A stretch of DNA of 64,000 bases. Origin: Microbotryum violaceum (lineage: Eukaryota). The stretch spans positions 1,240,001-1,304,000 of the forward strand of contig CDLV01000014.1 in the NCBI GenBank assembly GCA_001244265.2. Direction: 5' to 3'. Numbering within the stretch: the stretch's first letter is position 1; every line of letters starts with the position of its first letter. The notes under the pieces are model-generated. The model made no database searches. It was not told the origin of the DNA and saw only the letters and a list, made by a program, of their open reading frames with translations. Shown here in pieces: positions 18,281 through 38,598 of this stretch. The translations under genes and the position numbers were made by a program.

Positions 18281-20187
18281 GCCTAGAGAAAGAAGGGGGA
18301 GAATATACAGAAAGTCACAACTGGGATCACGGAGAACCAAGAATACTAAGACAGAGAGGAGGGAAACACACCCAAGGGACCAAGGGAGGGGGTCAAAGCT
18401 GGAGATAAAGGTCCCCAGGGACTAACAGGCCGCAGCCAAGCCCCAGCTACTCGTCACCCCGACAGCGCCTGATGTCCTCCTTTGGCTGAATCTTGAGTGC
18501 TGGCTGTTGAGCCATTGGGGCCGAGCAAAAAGCAATCCAATACAACAAAACGAGCCTCGCCTTGACGCGAGGATATTGACCAAAAAATGAGCAACCTTCC
18601 TTCCCGAGCCATGCGTAGAACACAAACAAACGAACCATTTGACAGAATCCGACACACGGCTTAGGAGTAGAGGGAGAAGTGGCTGAAGCGTAGTCAACAA
18701 CTGAGCAACAGGAAAGAGAAGAGGAAGGGAAGGGGAAAGGAGAGGGGAAAACTTCACAAAAGCCTCCAACGCAAAGACAATTGCACTGGCTTGCCAATCC
18801 ATCCAAGAACAAAAACCGCTACTGCGCAAAGTAGAGAGAGGGAGAGAGGGAGGTGCGCAGCCTTCCACTGCACAACAAGTTTCAAGACAGTCAGCTTCTG
18901 AAAGAGAAGTTGACCTCCGAAAAAGAAGGAAGGACTTAACTTGGTCATCACACCTCCCAATCTCAAGCCCCAGGCACAAAACCCGCTCGAGAGAGAACAT
19001 CTTGCTCGAACGGTCTGAGTGCACTGGGGAGCAAGGGAGGGGCCACGTCCTTGTCCAGCTCGAACCACTGATGAATGCGCCAGCAGAGCAAGTGCAGCCT
19101 CTGGAAGCCAATCACGCAAGCCAGCCAAACCCACATCCATTTTGAGGTCATTCTCCCACAACCCCGCAAAAGGGGGAGCCCCATAGTCAGCTGCTCCGGA
19201 GTGAACGTCAACGGATCGACATCGGTATCCTCAATGCTGAGCTTGTCAAACAGAATGCGAAGCACCCCGCCCCAGAAGCTGGTCGAGTACGCGCACTCGA
19301 AAAAGTAGTGCGAGACCGTCTCGATGACCGCTGCATCGTTGCCGCAGAACAGACACATCGGCGAAGAGGCATGACCCTGAGTATGCTGCCTCTTGCGCGT
19401 CGGCGTCACGTCGTACACGAGCCGCCAGTGGGTGTCCTGCTCCACAGCAGACACGAACCGGTCATGAAGCCATCTCCAGAAGCGCTTCCTATTGCTCTGA
19501 GAAGTCCCATCAGGGAAACGCTTGACACGATCCTCCCTCCCTGGGAACCGAACCATGTTCACAAGCTGACAAAGCTTGCGAATAGTGAACGGTCAGGTGA
19601 GCCCAAAGAAGTTGAAGCACCGAGGACGGGGAGCCTCCTTGAGAGGTATCCAAGCAGGTCGCAACACGGTCTTGGGCGGCAAGGCTTTCGCCTTGAGCAA
19701 CTGACCCACGCGCAACCACATGTGCTCGTGCTGTAGGGCGGGTTCCTTAGAGTGCTGCCAGAACCCGCGTCGATGACCAACCAGAGCCCAGCCCTTCCCT
19801 TTGTCCCTCCAGTACAGGTCCGCGATCTGCCAAACTTCGCCACTGCGTCCGCATTGTCATACGCGTACTTGACATCTTCGGCATAGAGTGAAGGGAGGCG
19901 AGGCGGAAGCGAGAGCAATTTGGGGAGCGTAAGGAGTTCAGACTTGATGGTTGGTAAGGTGACCCTGGCCACTGCAACGACTGCCCCCCAGCGCGTTGAG
20001 TCGTGATACAGCTTCTCGAGCCGAGCCGTGCCGCTGAAGAATCCCCACGGACTGAAATCGCGGGTCGCAGCAACAAGGGACCTACAGCTCTTGCGAGCTA
20101 GGGGCGCCCAGATTGCCTTGTTTGAGCCCACCACAGCATCCCAAAATTGAAGCGCCACCAAATGAACGATGTTGCCAATTGAAATCA
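18281..20187 (-). mobile_element. LINE-b: 5'-truncated LINE of a related but different family (ORF2 C-terminus 18963-20188 plus probable 3' UTR)
   Basis: ALQFWDAVVGSNKAIW aligns with [16 protein letters not shown] of LINE-c; FW..TPTR..CLFC..ETVSHYFFEC C-terminal zinc finger. Boundary with LINE-a approximate. Confidence 0.82.
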
Positions 20188-20880
20188 AAGTTCCCCAAGT
20201 TTGCCGCTGGGTTTGACATTACCTAACAATTCGCTGGTTGCAAGCATCATTGGTGCTATGGCGTAGTCGTGAGGCGCTCAAGCGCACACTCAAGAGGTTG
20301 AGGGTTTGACCCGCCCGGAGTATGATTGGCTTTTTGGTTTGTTATCCTTTTTGTTAACCGAGGCCTGGCTTCGGGGGGCTTTTTTTTATTGGTGCCTCAC
20401 GGCAATCCTTTTTACCCCTGAAGCAACCTCGTGGTGTAGTTATTTGACTGAGTCCCTTTTTGCCTGGAGCACTCACCTCCCTTTGCTTTTGCCACCCTTC
20501 CCCCAGAGCTTGGTCCACTCATCATCATCACTTGTAGCCTCACTCTTTTTATCCATTTCGCTGGCAATTAAGTCTGTTAGACTCGATTTGCTGCGAGCCT
20601 TCCGATCGAATACACTCCTTGGTTGCTCTTGGTTGACTGCCGCCTCCCAGCCAACTTGACCTCCCCACCGGCCTGGTCAGCTGTTCCTCTGGATTGCTTC
20701 CCTCCCTTTTTCGGTTCGATCTCGTTGGCCACCATAGTCCGTTGTACTGGACTTGCTGCGAGCCCTGCAACCGCGTGTCCTCTGCGGTTGCCTCTCGGTC
20801 GACTGCCGCCGACCCAGCCAACGCTCCTCTCTCGCTCTCTCGTGTGTAGGCATTGTCATCTCCTCCGACGATGCCTGTCA
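20188..20880. repeat. LTR-B copy lacking its first ~40 bp (replaced by LINE-b)
   Basis: Homologous to 22296-23819; ends GCCTGTCA. Confidence 0.85.
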
Positions 20881-21100
20881 GTGAGAACGGAGGCCTGGAT
20901 ATGTCAGATGGGGTGTCAAAGCCATTGTTGGACATGTCAATTGTTGCATTGTTGCTGTCGTTGGTCTCGAGCGCGGCAAATCGGTTCTGGTGTACGACAG
21001 GTGGGGTGAATGGTCATGGTGTAGCTTGCAAGGCGTGTGCAGCGTTAACAAAGGTCCAGTCACCAGTGGTGGGTGGCACGTGGGCCAATCAGGGCATCTC

Positions 21101-21831
21101 TGTCGAATTTCATTCTACTACAAGCCTTCAAACACTTCAACCTTGGGCACCTTCTGTAAGCCGCCCCCTTGTCCTCGCTGCCAAGCCGTCCCCTTCCATT
21201 ACTCCTGCACCCTCCTGTTCAACTCACGCACGCGTGCCGCTCCCTCCACACCGGGACTTAGTCATATCCGCGCCTCTCACACGTTGCCGAGCCAAGGCCT
21301 CCACCTTGCCACAGCTAGTTGCCGCCTCCGACCTCATGGACCACCGGCAATACAAAACATTGGCCCTCCATGAAATACGTTGCCTAACACCTGGAAGTCA
21401 CCGTAACAGATTGCCACCTCCAACAATACCAGACCTTGTGGACAAGTCCTCTCCCCGTGTTCGTTGTCCAACACAACACCTCTCAGCCTCAATGGCCCAC
21501 TAAGAGTTCGGCCTTATGTGCTTTGCAATGTGATTGGCCAGCTTGCTATAATTCACCTGCGCGCCTGCCTGATAGAACTGTGTCCATCCTGTGCCTCCTT
21601 ATGCCTTTCTTCCTCTTCTCTACCGCTCCCCATTATAAGCCAGACTGCTAATCTTTGGTAGAGAACAGATTGTTCAGCCGCACTGCACCCGTCTTGACAG
21701 ACCGTGCTTGTGCCGCCTCACGACTTCTCCCCACGGCCGACGATGCACACAGCAGCTACATTGACGCCCCACCAGTAGCCTCAGCGGTCGCTACATCCCA
21801 AGTCCGAAACTTCTTTGGCATCCACTCAACA
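21101..21831 (+). repeat. LTR-A copy (short form), unmatched flanks
   Basis: TGTCGA..TCAACA; flanks ATCTC/GATTT; right flank is Copia C gag. Confidence 0.88.
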
Positions 21832-22240
21832 GATTTCAGTGTTGAATAAATCTTGGGCGCGGTGAGTTCACCGGTGGGAATTTTGTCGAGGACTGCCAAG
21901 ACTTCGGCTGAGTCAATCAAGTTTGCAAGGATCTCGCAAGCCACAACGTCGCGGGCGGAGCGTTGCAAAGGTGTCCAGTTGGCGGGCACGATGCCGTTGA
22001 GGATGTACAAGCGGATGTCATCCGCTAGGCAAAGGCAAAGTTGGCTCCTTTGCACCATCCAAGTGTGCATGCTTTGGAAAGGCAGTACAAGTGGTGCCGG
22101 ATGTTGTGGCAGGTGCAGCAATGCCGGAAGCGGCAGCGACGTAAGTGCGGCAAGCTGTTCGGCGGGAATTGTTGGGTTGGCACCCGTCACAAGGGGTAGT
22201 GTTGTGGACATGCCAGCTGGTGGCTCGTGGGCTTGTAACC
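21832..22240 (-). pseudogene. gag: Copia C family PBS plus gag N-terminal fragment
   Basis: [31 protein letters not shown] matches the 54882 ORF; PBS-like GGTTACAAGCCC at 22229-22240 (minus). Confidence 0.9.
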
Positions 22241-22295
22241 TATGAGACGATCACCACTACTGTCAGGATAGGTTGAGAGGCAAACAGAAGTGATG

Positions 22296-23819
<1,524 letters not shown>

Positions 23820-24786
23820 CGATGAGAAGGAAGCTAAGAAACGGAAGAAGGGACCCGCGCTGGGATAGGCCCAGGCGCGGGTGAAATTACTGGCGCGCTG
23901 AGGCACTTGCGCGCATCTAAGTTGTTGAGTGGATGCCAAAGAGGTTTTGGACTTGGGATGTAGCGACCGCTGAGGCTACTGGTGGGGCGTCAATGTAGCT
24001 GCTGTGTGCGATGTCGGCGGTGGGAGAAGTCGTGAGGCGGCACAAGCACGGTCTGTCGAGACGGGTGCAGTGCGGCTGAACAATCTGTTCTCTACCAAAG
24101 ATTAGCAGTCTGGCTTATAATGGGGAGCGGTAGAGAAGAGGAAGAAAGGCATAAGGAGGCACAGGATGGACACAGTTCTATCAGGCAGGCGCGCAGGTGA
24201 ATTATAGCAAGCTGGCCAATCACATTGCAAAGCACATAAGGCCAAACTCTTAGTGGGCCATTGAGGCTGAGAGGTGTCGTGTTGGACAATGAAAATGAAG
24301 GGAAGACTTATCCACGACGTCTGGTATTGTTGGAGGTGGCATGACAGGCATTGTCGGAAGGGATGATGATGCCTACACGCAAGAGAGCAAGAGAGGAGCG
24401 TCGGCTGGGGCAGCGGCAGTTGACCGAGAGGCAACCGCGGAGGATACGCGGTTGCAGGGCTTGCAGCAAGTCCAGTACAACGGACTAAGGTGGCCAACGG
24501 GAGGGAAGCAATCCAGAGAAACAGCTGACCAGGCCCGTGGGGAGGTCAAGTCAGCTGGGAGGCGGCAGTCGACCGAGAGCGACCAAGGAGTGGATTCAGT
24601 CGGAAGGCTTGCAGCAAATCAAGTGTAATGGACTTCATTGCCAGCGAAATGGATAAAAAGAGTGAGGGTACGAGTGATGATGATGAGTGGACCAAGCTCT
24701 GGGGGAAGGGTGGCAAAAGCAAAGGGAGGTGAGTGCTCCAGGCAAAAAGGGACTCAGTCAAATAACTACACCACAAGGTTGCTTCA

Positions 24787-30002
<5,216 letters not shown>

Positions 30003-30318
30003 CTACAATGACTATGACTTCTGATCCACCATAGGCTCACCTGGACACTCGTGTTAGTCGCTGAGGGGAGACTAAGAGTGTCCAGGCGCGTGCGCCCTTC
30101 TCATAAGGCCCAGGCGCATGGGCCTTACATTGACCTCTTGAGTGCGCGCCCGCGTGCCTCACAACTACGCCATAGCGCCAACAATGCTTGCAACCAGCAA
30201 ACCTTTAGGTGAACTCAACCCCAGCGGTGAACTTGGAGACTTCACTTTCACTTTCGAAGCCAAAATCGCCCCACGCCACACCTTCGGTTACGCCAACAAG
30301 TGATACACAGAGAGATCC

Positions 30319-32499
30319 ATGCAGACCGGCAATCCCAGCTCGGCCCCTGGGGCCAGAGCCCCACCACCGCCGGCGTCCGCGCCAACAAGCCTCCCAATTG
30401 CGGGGACAAAGGAGACACAAGCCACCCAGGTTGCTGGCCAAACCGCAACCTACGCCGCCGCTACCAACTCTTCAGTGGTCTTGAATGAGGCTCCTGCTCA
30501 GCAACAAGATTGACTTGCATGTCTACAGGCTTTGCCCGGCATTTTGGTGGCAATTCAGGCCGTTCCCGGAAACCGAGCGGACTGTTTTGTTGAGGCCATC
30601 TTTGCGACCCCTGACTTCCCATCCACGGTTGCTACTGCACTCAAGCTCTCAGCTCTCAACGCCACAAGGAACAAAATCAACCCGTTCGCCAACGCGCTTG
30701 AGGTGAGCCTGTCTCACAAAAGCACAGGGAGGGCATCTGCGACCGACAAAGGGGAGCTTGTTGCGTGTGTACGCACCCTGCTCTCGCCCAACACACCAAT
30801 CTGCTTTGACACCGGAGTCCCGCTTTCTGGTGATCTTGAAGCTTTCATGCCTTGAATCACCGGTCTCCAACACTCATCAACTTTCCGCACCGGGGTCCTG
30901 CACCATTGCATCACAGTCGGATTCGTCTCAGCCGAGGCCCGTGACGCCGCCCTTGCGTCCGCCCCCATGCTTGTCTGGAACTCGGCCAACGCGCGCTTTG
31001 CCAAGGCCCACCCCTTCCACCGCAACATGCTCAAGATGCGCATCAATGTTGGTGTGGTCAGACCCCCTTCCAAGGAACAGATTGTCGCGGCGTTCCAGTC
31101 CATCGTTCAACAGCTCTCCACCAAAGGTCACATGTGCCAACTTGTGCAGGTTTTGCGCGTCATTCACGTCAACACCGCCAAGGCCCACACCGTTGGTGAC
31201 TTCTTGGTGTTCATCCACTTCAATGACACCTCTTTGTTCCAGCACCCAACTACTATGCTCAAGGAGATTCTCCCTTCAAGGATGGACTTGCCCACCCGCG
31301 GCCTTGATGTGACCGCCATCCAACACAACTACAAAAAGGAGGCACCGTGTGCGCGCTGCCCCTTTGCAGGTCACGTGGAGAGGTGCCCCCTGATGCAGGC
31401 CGCAAATAGAAAGGAGGCGGAGGACCTGGCCAGGCATGCGGTGATGAGAGGCGCCGGAATGGTGGGGGGAGGAGAGCAGACAGGAGTGGGTCGAGCGGCC
31501 ACCACCAACAACAACAACACCTCCGAGGTGGTGGCCCTAGCCGCGCCCTTGGAACCGACCAACTCAAATTGCGGAACCAATTTGCGGGGCTCGAGGTTGA
31601 AGGAGGACAGGAGGATGCAGGAAAAGGCGCAGGTCGAAGAAAGAAACGAGGATATGGGCGCCAAGGCGGACGACAAGGATTTGGACTTGGATGGGAACGC
31701 CAGAGCGGGCATCGACAAGGCGGGAGGCAACAACAAGGACAAACAGGACAACAGCTCGGAGAGAAGCGAACAAAGGGGGGATGACGTGATGAAAGATGGA
31801 GCAGAGGAAGACGAAGGGATGGAGACAGAGGTGGAAGAAGAGGTCAAACAGGAACAGGGGGTACAGGACAACAGCATCATGATCATCAACAACGGCCAAA
31901 CAACAATCACCACAGTTTCCCGCAAGTTGACTCCTTGGAGTCCCTCATGGCCTCCACTATCTCCGGAGACGTTGGCAAAGTTGCTGCGTGAGGGTGCAGA
32001 ATGGGACCAAGCTAACGCCAAAGCTGCTGCACATGTCCAAGCAGAAAAGGAGGCAAACATCAGCGCCCAACTTGACACGGAGGAACTGCTCGTTTGCCAA
32101 CAATTTGCAGAGTGGGGTCAGGAAGATGGACAACTGCAATTCATCAACATTTGTGGCACCGGCTCCCGGTTGAACAAGAAGATGAAGAGGTCGCAAACGG
32201 TGGCCGATCTCAGCAATCCGAGCGACAACCCGGTCAATGTCAAGCGCATTCTGAACAGGGTCAAAGGTCGAGTAGGAAAGGAGGTAGCGGATCAGGGGAA
32301 GAGGGCGACGAGGTCGATGTCGGCGGCGGCGGCAATGCAGGTCAAGGGGGCCAAGACAAAAGCGGAGAAGGGTAAGGGGGTGGAGGAAGAGAAGTGCTGG
32401 TCCGACCACGAGCCCAAGGATGACATTCTTCCCAAATTCCCACTCTTTGAGGACGACACTACCGCCAAGAGCACGTCTACATCGTCTACCCAATCATGA
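30319..32499 (+). pseudogene. LINE-c ORF1, disrupted
   Basis: [13 protein letters not shown] knuckle-like motif, acidic linker, [16 protein letters not shown]-terminus shared with LINE-a; in-frame TGA stops. Confidence 0.82.
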
Positions 32500-35400
32500 T
32501 CAATCACCTCATCACCAGCTGGAACATGAGGAGGTGCATGGGGATCCCGGAAAAGCGACGCAACATTTACACCTATTTATCAACATTCAAAGCAACCACC
32601 ACCATTCTACTACAAGAACACTTCATCAAACCGGAACTCTGGCAATGTATCAAGGACGAGTACGAGGGCAAGGCCTTCATCAGCAAACACTGTCTGACTT
32701 TGATCCCCGCCGACTTGCCCCTGATCAACGCCAAGATTTTGCGCACCCACTCGGCACTCGACGGACAAATCCTGGTCACCTCTTTTTGATTTTGAGGCAA
32801 CATCCAGATACTTGAGATCAACAACATTCACGCACCAGATGATACAAAACAACGACTCACATTCTTTGACAAACTACATTTCCACAGGATGCAGAGCACC
32901 CACCTTCAACTCCTCGGCGGCAATCTCAATGACTGCCCGCTGCTGGCAATTGATTGGCAGAACCAAGGTTGGCACGGCCATCACTGGCCAATCCTGATCG
33001 GCAAGCTCAACTCACCCTACACCAACTGCATACAATTCAAACACCCACTCACACCATCTTTCACCAGACCCAACATTGTCCACAAGCAGCCAAAGTCCTT
33101 TTCACAACTTGACTATTTCCTTCTGCAGCGCACCCACCAAAATCAACTTGTCCAAGCCTTGACAATCTATGACCACCCCAAGGACCTTTTGGATCACCGG
33201 CCAGTCTCAATTGTCCTGGTTCTCTCGGGCGAGCAAGGAGACGCGGCTCAAACCAATTACATTGTGTCAACGTGGCGACCTTCAAGACGGCGGAGTTCCA
33301 GGGGATGTTGGAAGGATGGTTGGAAGGAGCGAGTAGGGAGGAACCGGTGGGGGAGCTTGAGGTGGTGCTGGAGAACTGCAAGAAGGAGGGTCGGGAGCTG
33401 GCGAGGAGGGAGCATTGTGAGTGGGTGGAGCGGATGGCGGTCTTGGTGGGAAGGGTGCAGGATCTGGAGGCCTTGTCGGTGATGGGGGACAAGGAGACGG
33501 CCAAATGGATGCGGACAATGGAGGAATTTAGGCGAGCGGTCAATGAGCGTGCGCGCCAACTTCGGATCCGAGCCCACGTACCCAAAATCGCTACCAAGGA
33601 ACAACTGTCGCGGCCGGTCCACGCCAAGCTTGCGGCACAGAGTTCGGATTCCAAGATTGCAGCACTGTGATTGCCCAACGGGGAGCTGACACATGACATT
33701 GATGTTGTGCTTGACCACACACAGCCACACTTTCAGCGCCTCTACAATCTTGAGCCGCGCAATTGGGACCACGTTGAGCAACTTAGGGACAATTTATTGG
33801 CGCCAATCAGGTTGGCGCGCACTTGCGACGACCCAAGCTCGGACCCGCTCTTTCTGCGACAACTCTCAGAAGCGCACATTGAGCTGTTGCAGCAACCCAT
33901 CGCCAAGGACGAGGTTGTAGCCACAATTGCAACAACGCACCCCGGTCGATCGCCGGGCCCATCTGACGTGCCCTACAAGCTCTATCACACAGCGCCGCGG
34001 GCGTGGGCCAAGGCGCTGAGCAGGGCTTTCAACGCAATGACCGAGCACGGCTTGCTTTCACCAAAGCAGGGGCAAGGACTTGTTCATCTGCTCTTCAAGC
34101 ACCACAAGATCGGGGCCGATCGCGCCGAGCTCTCGTCGTACCGGCCCATCACCTTGCGCGAGTGCGACTACAGGCTCTTCACCAAGGTCTACGTTGCGCG
34201 ACTCAACCACGTGCTGCCGGACCTGCTCCCACCGCAACAACACGGCTTCGTCAAGGGCCGCCGATCGGCAGACACCTCTTTCCACCTGCGACTCTTGATC
34301 GAGGAGCTGGGCGCGCGCGGCACCGAGTTCCCTGACGCGGCGCTCTTGTCTTTAGACCAATCGTCGGCTTACGACCTCGTCGAGCACGAATGGATCTTTG
34401 CCATCTTCAACGCTCTTGGCGCTCCTGCCGCCTTCCAACGCGTTCTGAGGATGCTCTACTCGGGTAACTCAACCACGGCGCGAAATATCATCAACGGCTT
34501 CTTGACTCCGCCGGTGCAGCTGACGTGTGGGCTTGGCCAAGGGGACCCAGCGTCGTTGTCGGTCTGGGATGTCGTATTCCAGCCGTTCCTGGATGCTCTG
34601 CACCGTCGAGGCATCGCGCTGAACCTTTTGCTTCCTACCATTCACCCCTACCCACAGAGCCGCGCCATTACATCTCTTGCATTTGCCGATGATGTCGTCG
34701 TCGCCGTTGCGGGCTCGGAGTCACTCACCTTGCTCAACAACCTGGTGCTCAACTGGAGGCTCGCAACCAATGGCCGGCTCAACACCGACAAGACTGTTGT
34801 ACTACCCATCGGGTGTTGCTGGGAGGCTGGCAATCGTCCGCTCATCGTCAAAGCTGCAGGCGAGTCGCTCAAGTGGATCGGCCTATCTTTTGACCCCACC
34901 GGCAACACCGAACTTGCCAACGTGAATCTCGTCCCACGGCTCGAAGCAGTGCTTGATTTGGCACGGGACCGGGGGCTCACACACCACACCTGGACGTTCT
35001 CAACCGATACACCTTTCCCAAGATTCTGCACATCCTCTCCGCCGACATCCCACCGCTTGAGGTCGTCAAGGAGCTTGATGGCATTCTCATCGACTTTGTC
35101 CGCGGCGGCAAGAGAAGGTCGTGCTATGGCAAGGATGTTGTCTTCACACCGAGGTTCAAGGGGGGTCATGGGGTCGTGTGGATGCAGGACGTTGTTGACT
35201 CGGTTGCGGCACGCGTCTGGGATGTGCTTCTTGGTGGTTCGGATGTGATCTGGCAAGGACTTGCGCGCGCGGCAATTGTACGAGCCTATCCCGCCCCTGA
35301 CTTTGACTTGGCAACTGATGCGTGGCCTTGCGACTACACTCCGACCCGAACCAATCTACACCCAAGATGGCAGGCTGTGCTGAAGGTACCATCGACGCAC

Positions 35401-36471
35401 AATGCGCAAGTCAAGCCAAGGATGTTGAAACTCGCAAATCTTCTTGCTCTTCCGATCAAGTTGCACACCCTTCACTACCTACCGGGAGCACCAGCTGTGT
35501 CGCAACAACCCTACGACGCCAACTATGCTGCGTTTGCCATTTACGCCAAGGTAGCGGACCTGTTCCAACGCAAGCTGTACCTGGGTGGGGGCTTTCATCT
35601 CTGGATGCCGCCAACGGATGTGGTCGTCAGCAACAGCAAATATGATCAACGGGGCCACCCACAACAAGAGCACATTGTGGCATGGTACCGACATGCGATC
35701 AATCGATTAAGGTTCACACCAATAGCTCAACCGGTGGCAGCAGTATGAATCAACGGGCCTCCCCGAGTCCGCCCCACCACGCTGCTCAAGTCGATCCTGA
35801 CCCATCCAATTGACCCGCCACAGCGCCTTCCGAGACCGGCTCTCCCAGACCAATCAACGCAATACAACTTGCTCAGCATGGATTGGCCATACACCATCCG
35901 TCACGTCCGCCGAGTCTTGAATGCAAAGGCCTCCACCAACACAATTGGTTTCAGGGACTCGCTGCAGCCCGGCAATATCAAGGGATTCTGGAAAGGGGTC
36001 AACTCGAAGGCATTGACGGCGAGGGAACACAAGGTGTGGTTCAAGCTCATCAGAAACTTCACCCCGACTCGGAGTCTGCAGTTTCATCAAAAGCACAACG
36101 ACTTGCCCGTGTGCCTTGTCTGTGGAGTGCCCAAGGACAATTGGGAGCACTACTTCTTTGACTGCATTGACTCTGGGAATGTTTGGATTGTGGCAAGGAG
36201 CGTGCTCTGCAATGCACTGGGGCTCGACACGATCGACAACGCGCATTACATGGCTGTTCAACGCATGTTTGGACTTCCAAAGCTCAAGGCCAGTCTGCGC
36301 AATCAAGAAGGAGCGGGGAGGACAATCAAAATATTCACCGGGCTGGTCTTGGAGATGATCAGCAGCGGGAGGTGGGGGATGCAGAAGTGGGGGACGATGA
36401 TAGGGTGTTGTGAAGAGGAGGATCATCTTGGAGGAGAGGTTGAAGCTGAGGGCGGGAGGAGAGGGCAGTAG
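32496..36471 (+). pseudogene. LINE-c ORF2: endonuclease, RT and C-terminal zinc finger, disrupted
   Basis: ITSWNMR, LLQEH, GGNLND, LDHRPV; SPGPSD, YRPITL, GQGDP, FADD; CLVC..EHYFFDC. Confidence 0.93.
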
Positions 36472-37315
36472 AGGCTGGGTTTGACTTTCCCCCCACCACC
36501 ACACACACACACCAAATTCTTGTGACATCATTTTCTCCTACTGTACACTAAATAGATTGCTTTCATTTTTCATTTGTTACAGGTTCACCGTTGCGGATCA
36601 TGGACCATCTCACAATTTGGCGTTGACTTGGTGTGGCTTGCGCTCTTTGGCTTTGGGGTTCTGAGTCAAGGGAGGGATCAGCGGACACAGGCAGAAAGTC
36701 GGCTTTGAGGGGCCAGGGACGGCCAATGGGGGAGGTTTTGAGGGACCTTCACCGCGTCTTGTTGTGACTGAGCAGAGACTTGGAGCGTCGAGGGTTGTGG
36801 TGGTTGCGCAGTCGTGCTCTTGTTTTTGTCTCGACCAAGTGGGAAGTGGCTGTGGGGTGGGCCTTCTGTCGTTAGTACATTTATATTCTTTCTTTTTCTC
36901 TTCATCTCTCTTTCTCTCTCTCATTAGTCTCCTGGGGGGGAGCAACCGCTTGGCTAGGGCATTTGAATCCAAATCTTGGATTGGTGGACTTGGCTTGTTT
37001 CTTGCACTTTTGCGGGTGGTTTGTGTTATCATTGTAGTCTTCCATCAAGTTTTTCCGTAGGCCAAAACAGGGGGAACAGGAACTGGGAGCAATATGATGA
37101 ACATTTTCTACAAAAACAAAATCCTTCGAGTACTGCTGTCAGGACACGCTGTTATCCTTACATGGCAATCCGTTACGGTGAGTTTCAGGTGGTAGGCAAT
37201 GTACTTCATGGAGGGGCAATGTTCTGTATTGCCTGTGGTCCATGAGGTCGGAGGCGGCAACTGGCTGTGGTGAGGTGGAGGCCTTGGTTCAGCAATGTGT
37301 GAGAGGCGCGGATAT

Positions 37316-37464
37316 TATTTGATCAACTCTACTACGTCAGCGATGTAGTTCTAGCCAAGAGTGATGAATAGGAAGCTAACAGTGTGAGAGCCGCACGCCC
37401 CAAGTTTCCCAGGCACGCTCCGCGCGCCTAAGTCCTGAGCCAAGCGGAGAGTGGATTCCTCACA
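37316..37464 (-). repeat. solo LTR-F (149 bp, TG..TA)
   Basis: TSD GATAT (37311-37315, 37465-37469); matches 45224-45412 minus one 40-bp repeat unit. Confidence 0.9.
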
Positions 37465-38286
37465 GATATGACTTAGTCCCGGCGTGGAGGGAGTGTTGCG
37501 CGCACATGAGTTGAACAGGCGGGCACAGTGGGGCCGCAAGAGTAAGGGGGCGGCTTGGCAGCGAGGACAAGGGGGCAGCTTGGCAGAGACGAGGGGGTGG
37601 CTTAGCTGCAAAGACAAGGGGGCAGCTTACGAAAGGCGCCCAAGGTTGAAGTGTTCAAAGGCTTGTAGTAGAATGAAATTTGACATAAGTCCCCACCGCA
37701 GGTGGGCGGGCTAGCGGGTGCGCGCACAAATCCACCGGCGCAGGCGCGCTGAGTCAGTCGCGCGCCCGCTAGCCCGCCCCCTGCGCTGGGGACTTAGACG
37801 CGCGCGACTGACTCAGCGCGCCAGCACCGGGTGGATCCGTGCACGTGCCCGCTAGGCCGCCCCCCTGCAGTGGGGACTTAGACGCGCGCAACTGTCTTAG
37901 TGCACTAGCAATTTCACCCGCGACTGGGCCTATCTCAGCGCGGGCCTCCTGTCTGTTCTTAGCTTCCTCCTCTCACTTCTGTTCGACTATCAATCCCTCC
38001 TGACAGTAGTGGTGATCATCTTATAGGTTTTGAGCCCAACGAGCAACCAACTGCTCCTTGAGGGATTCTTCGAGCCCAACCACTGGCACCGCACACGTCC
38101 CTCGCAGCATGGACAGCCCTCCTGCCGCACCCTTGCTGCCCAGGGATTCCAGCTCCCCTGAGCCCTCATTCAGCGCGCAAATCGCCACTCTCCAGGCGCA
38201 ACTCGCCGCTCTGCAGGCCTCGCAGCCCCTAGCCGCTGCCGCTCCCACGCCCCGGCCGTTGCAGCCACACCGGTCCACACCACCAC

Positions 38287-38598
38287 TATGAGACGATCAC
38301 CACTACTGTCAGGAGAGGTTGATTGTCAAACAGAAGTGGTGAGAGGGAAGCTAAGAAACAGAAAGGGGTCCGCACTGGGATAGGCCCAGCCGCAGGTGAA
38401 CTTGCTAGGGCGCTGAGGCAGCTGCGCGCGTCTAAGTCGCCACCTCAAGGGGGCGGCCTAGCGGGCGCGCGCCCAAGTCCGCTGGCGCCTGCTCGCTGAG
38501 GCAGTCGCGCGCGCCTAAGTCCCCACCGCAAGGGGCGGGCTAGCGGGTGCGCGCAACGACCGAGGCGCCTCTGTCAAGCTGAGAGTGGACTCTTTACA
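38287..38598 (-). repeat. solo LTR-C (312 bp, short form, TG..TA)
   Basis: TSD ACCAC (38282-38286, 38599-38603) fixes the terminus as ..TCTCATA. Confidence 0.9.

Larger units (their letters stand above)
30244..37121 (+). mobile_element. LINE-c: apparently full-length L1/Tx1-like LINE (~6.9 kb), degenerate
   Basis: Short 5' UTR, ORF1, ORF2, ~650 bp 3' UTR, A-rich tail CAAAAACAAAA; LTR-B resumes on both sides with at most a 1-2 bp duplication. Confidence 0.94.

Noticed and set aside
20881..21100. 220-bp unassigned piece between LTR-B and LTR-A
   Set aside because: No motif or second copy in the window; cannot be called.
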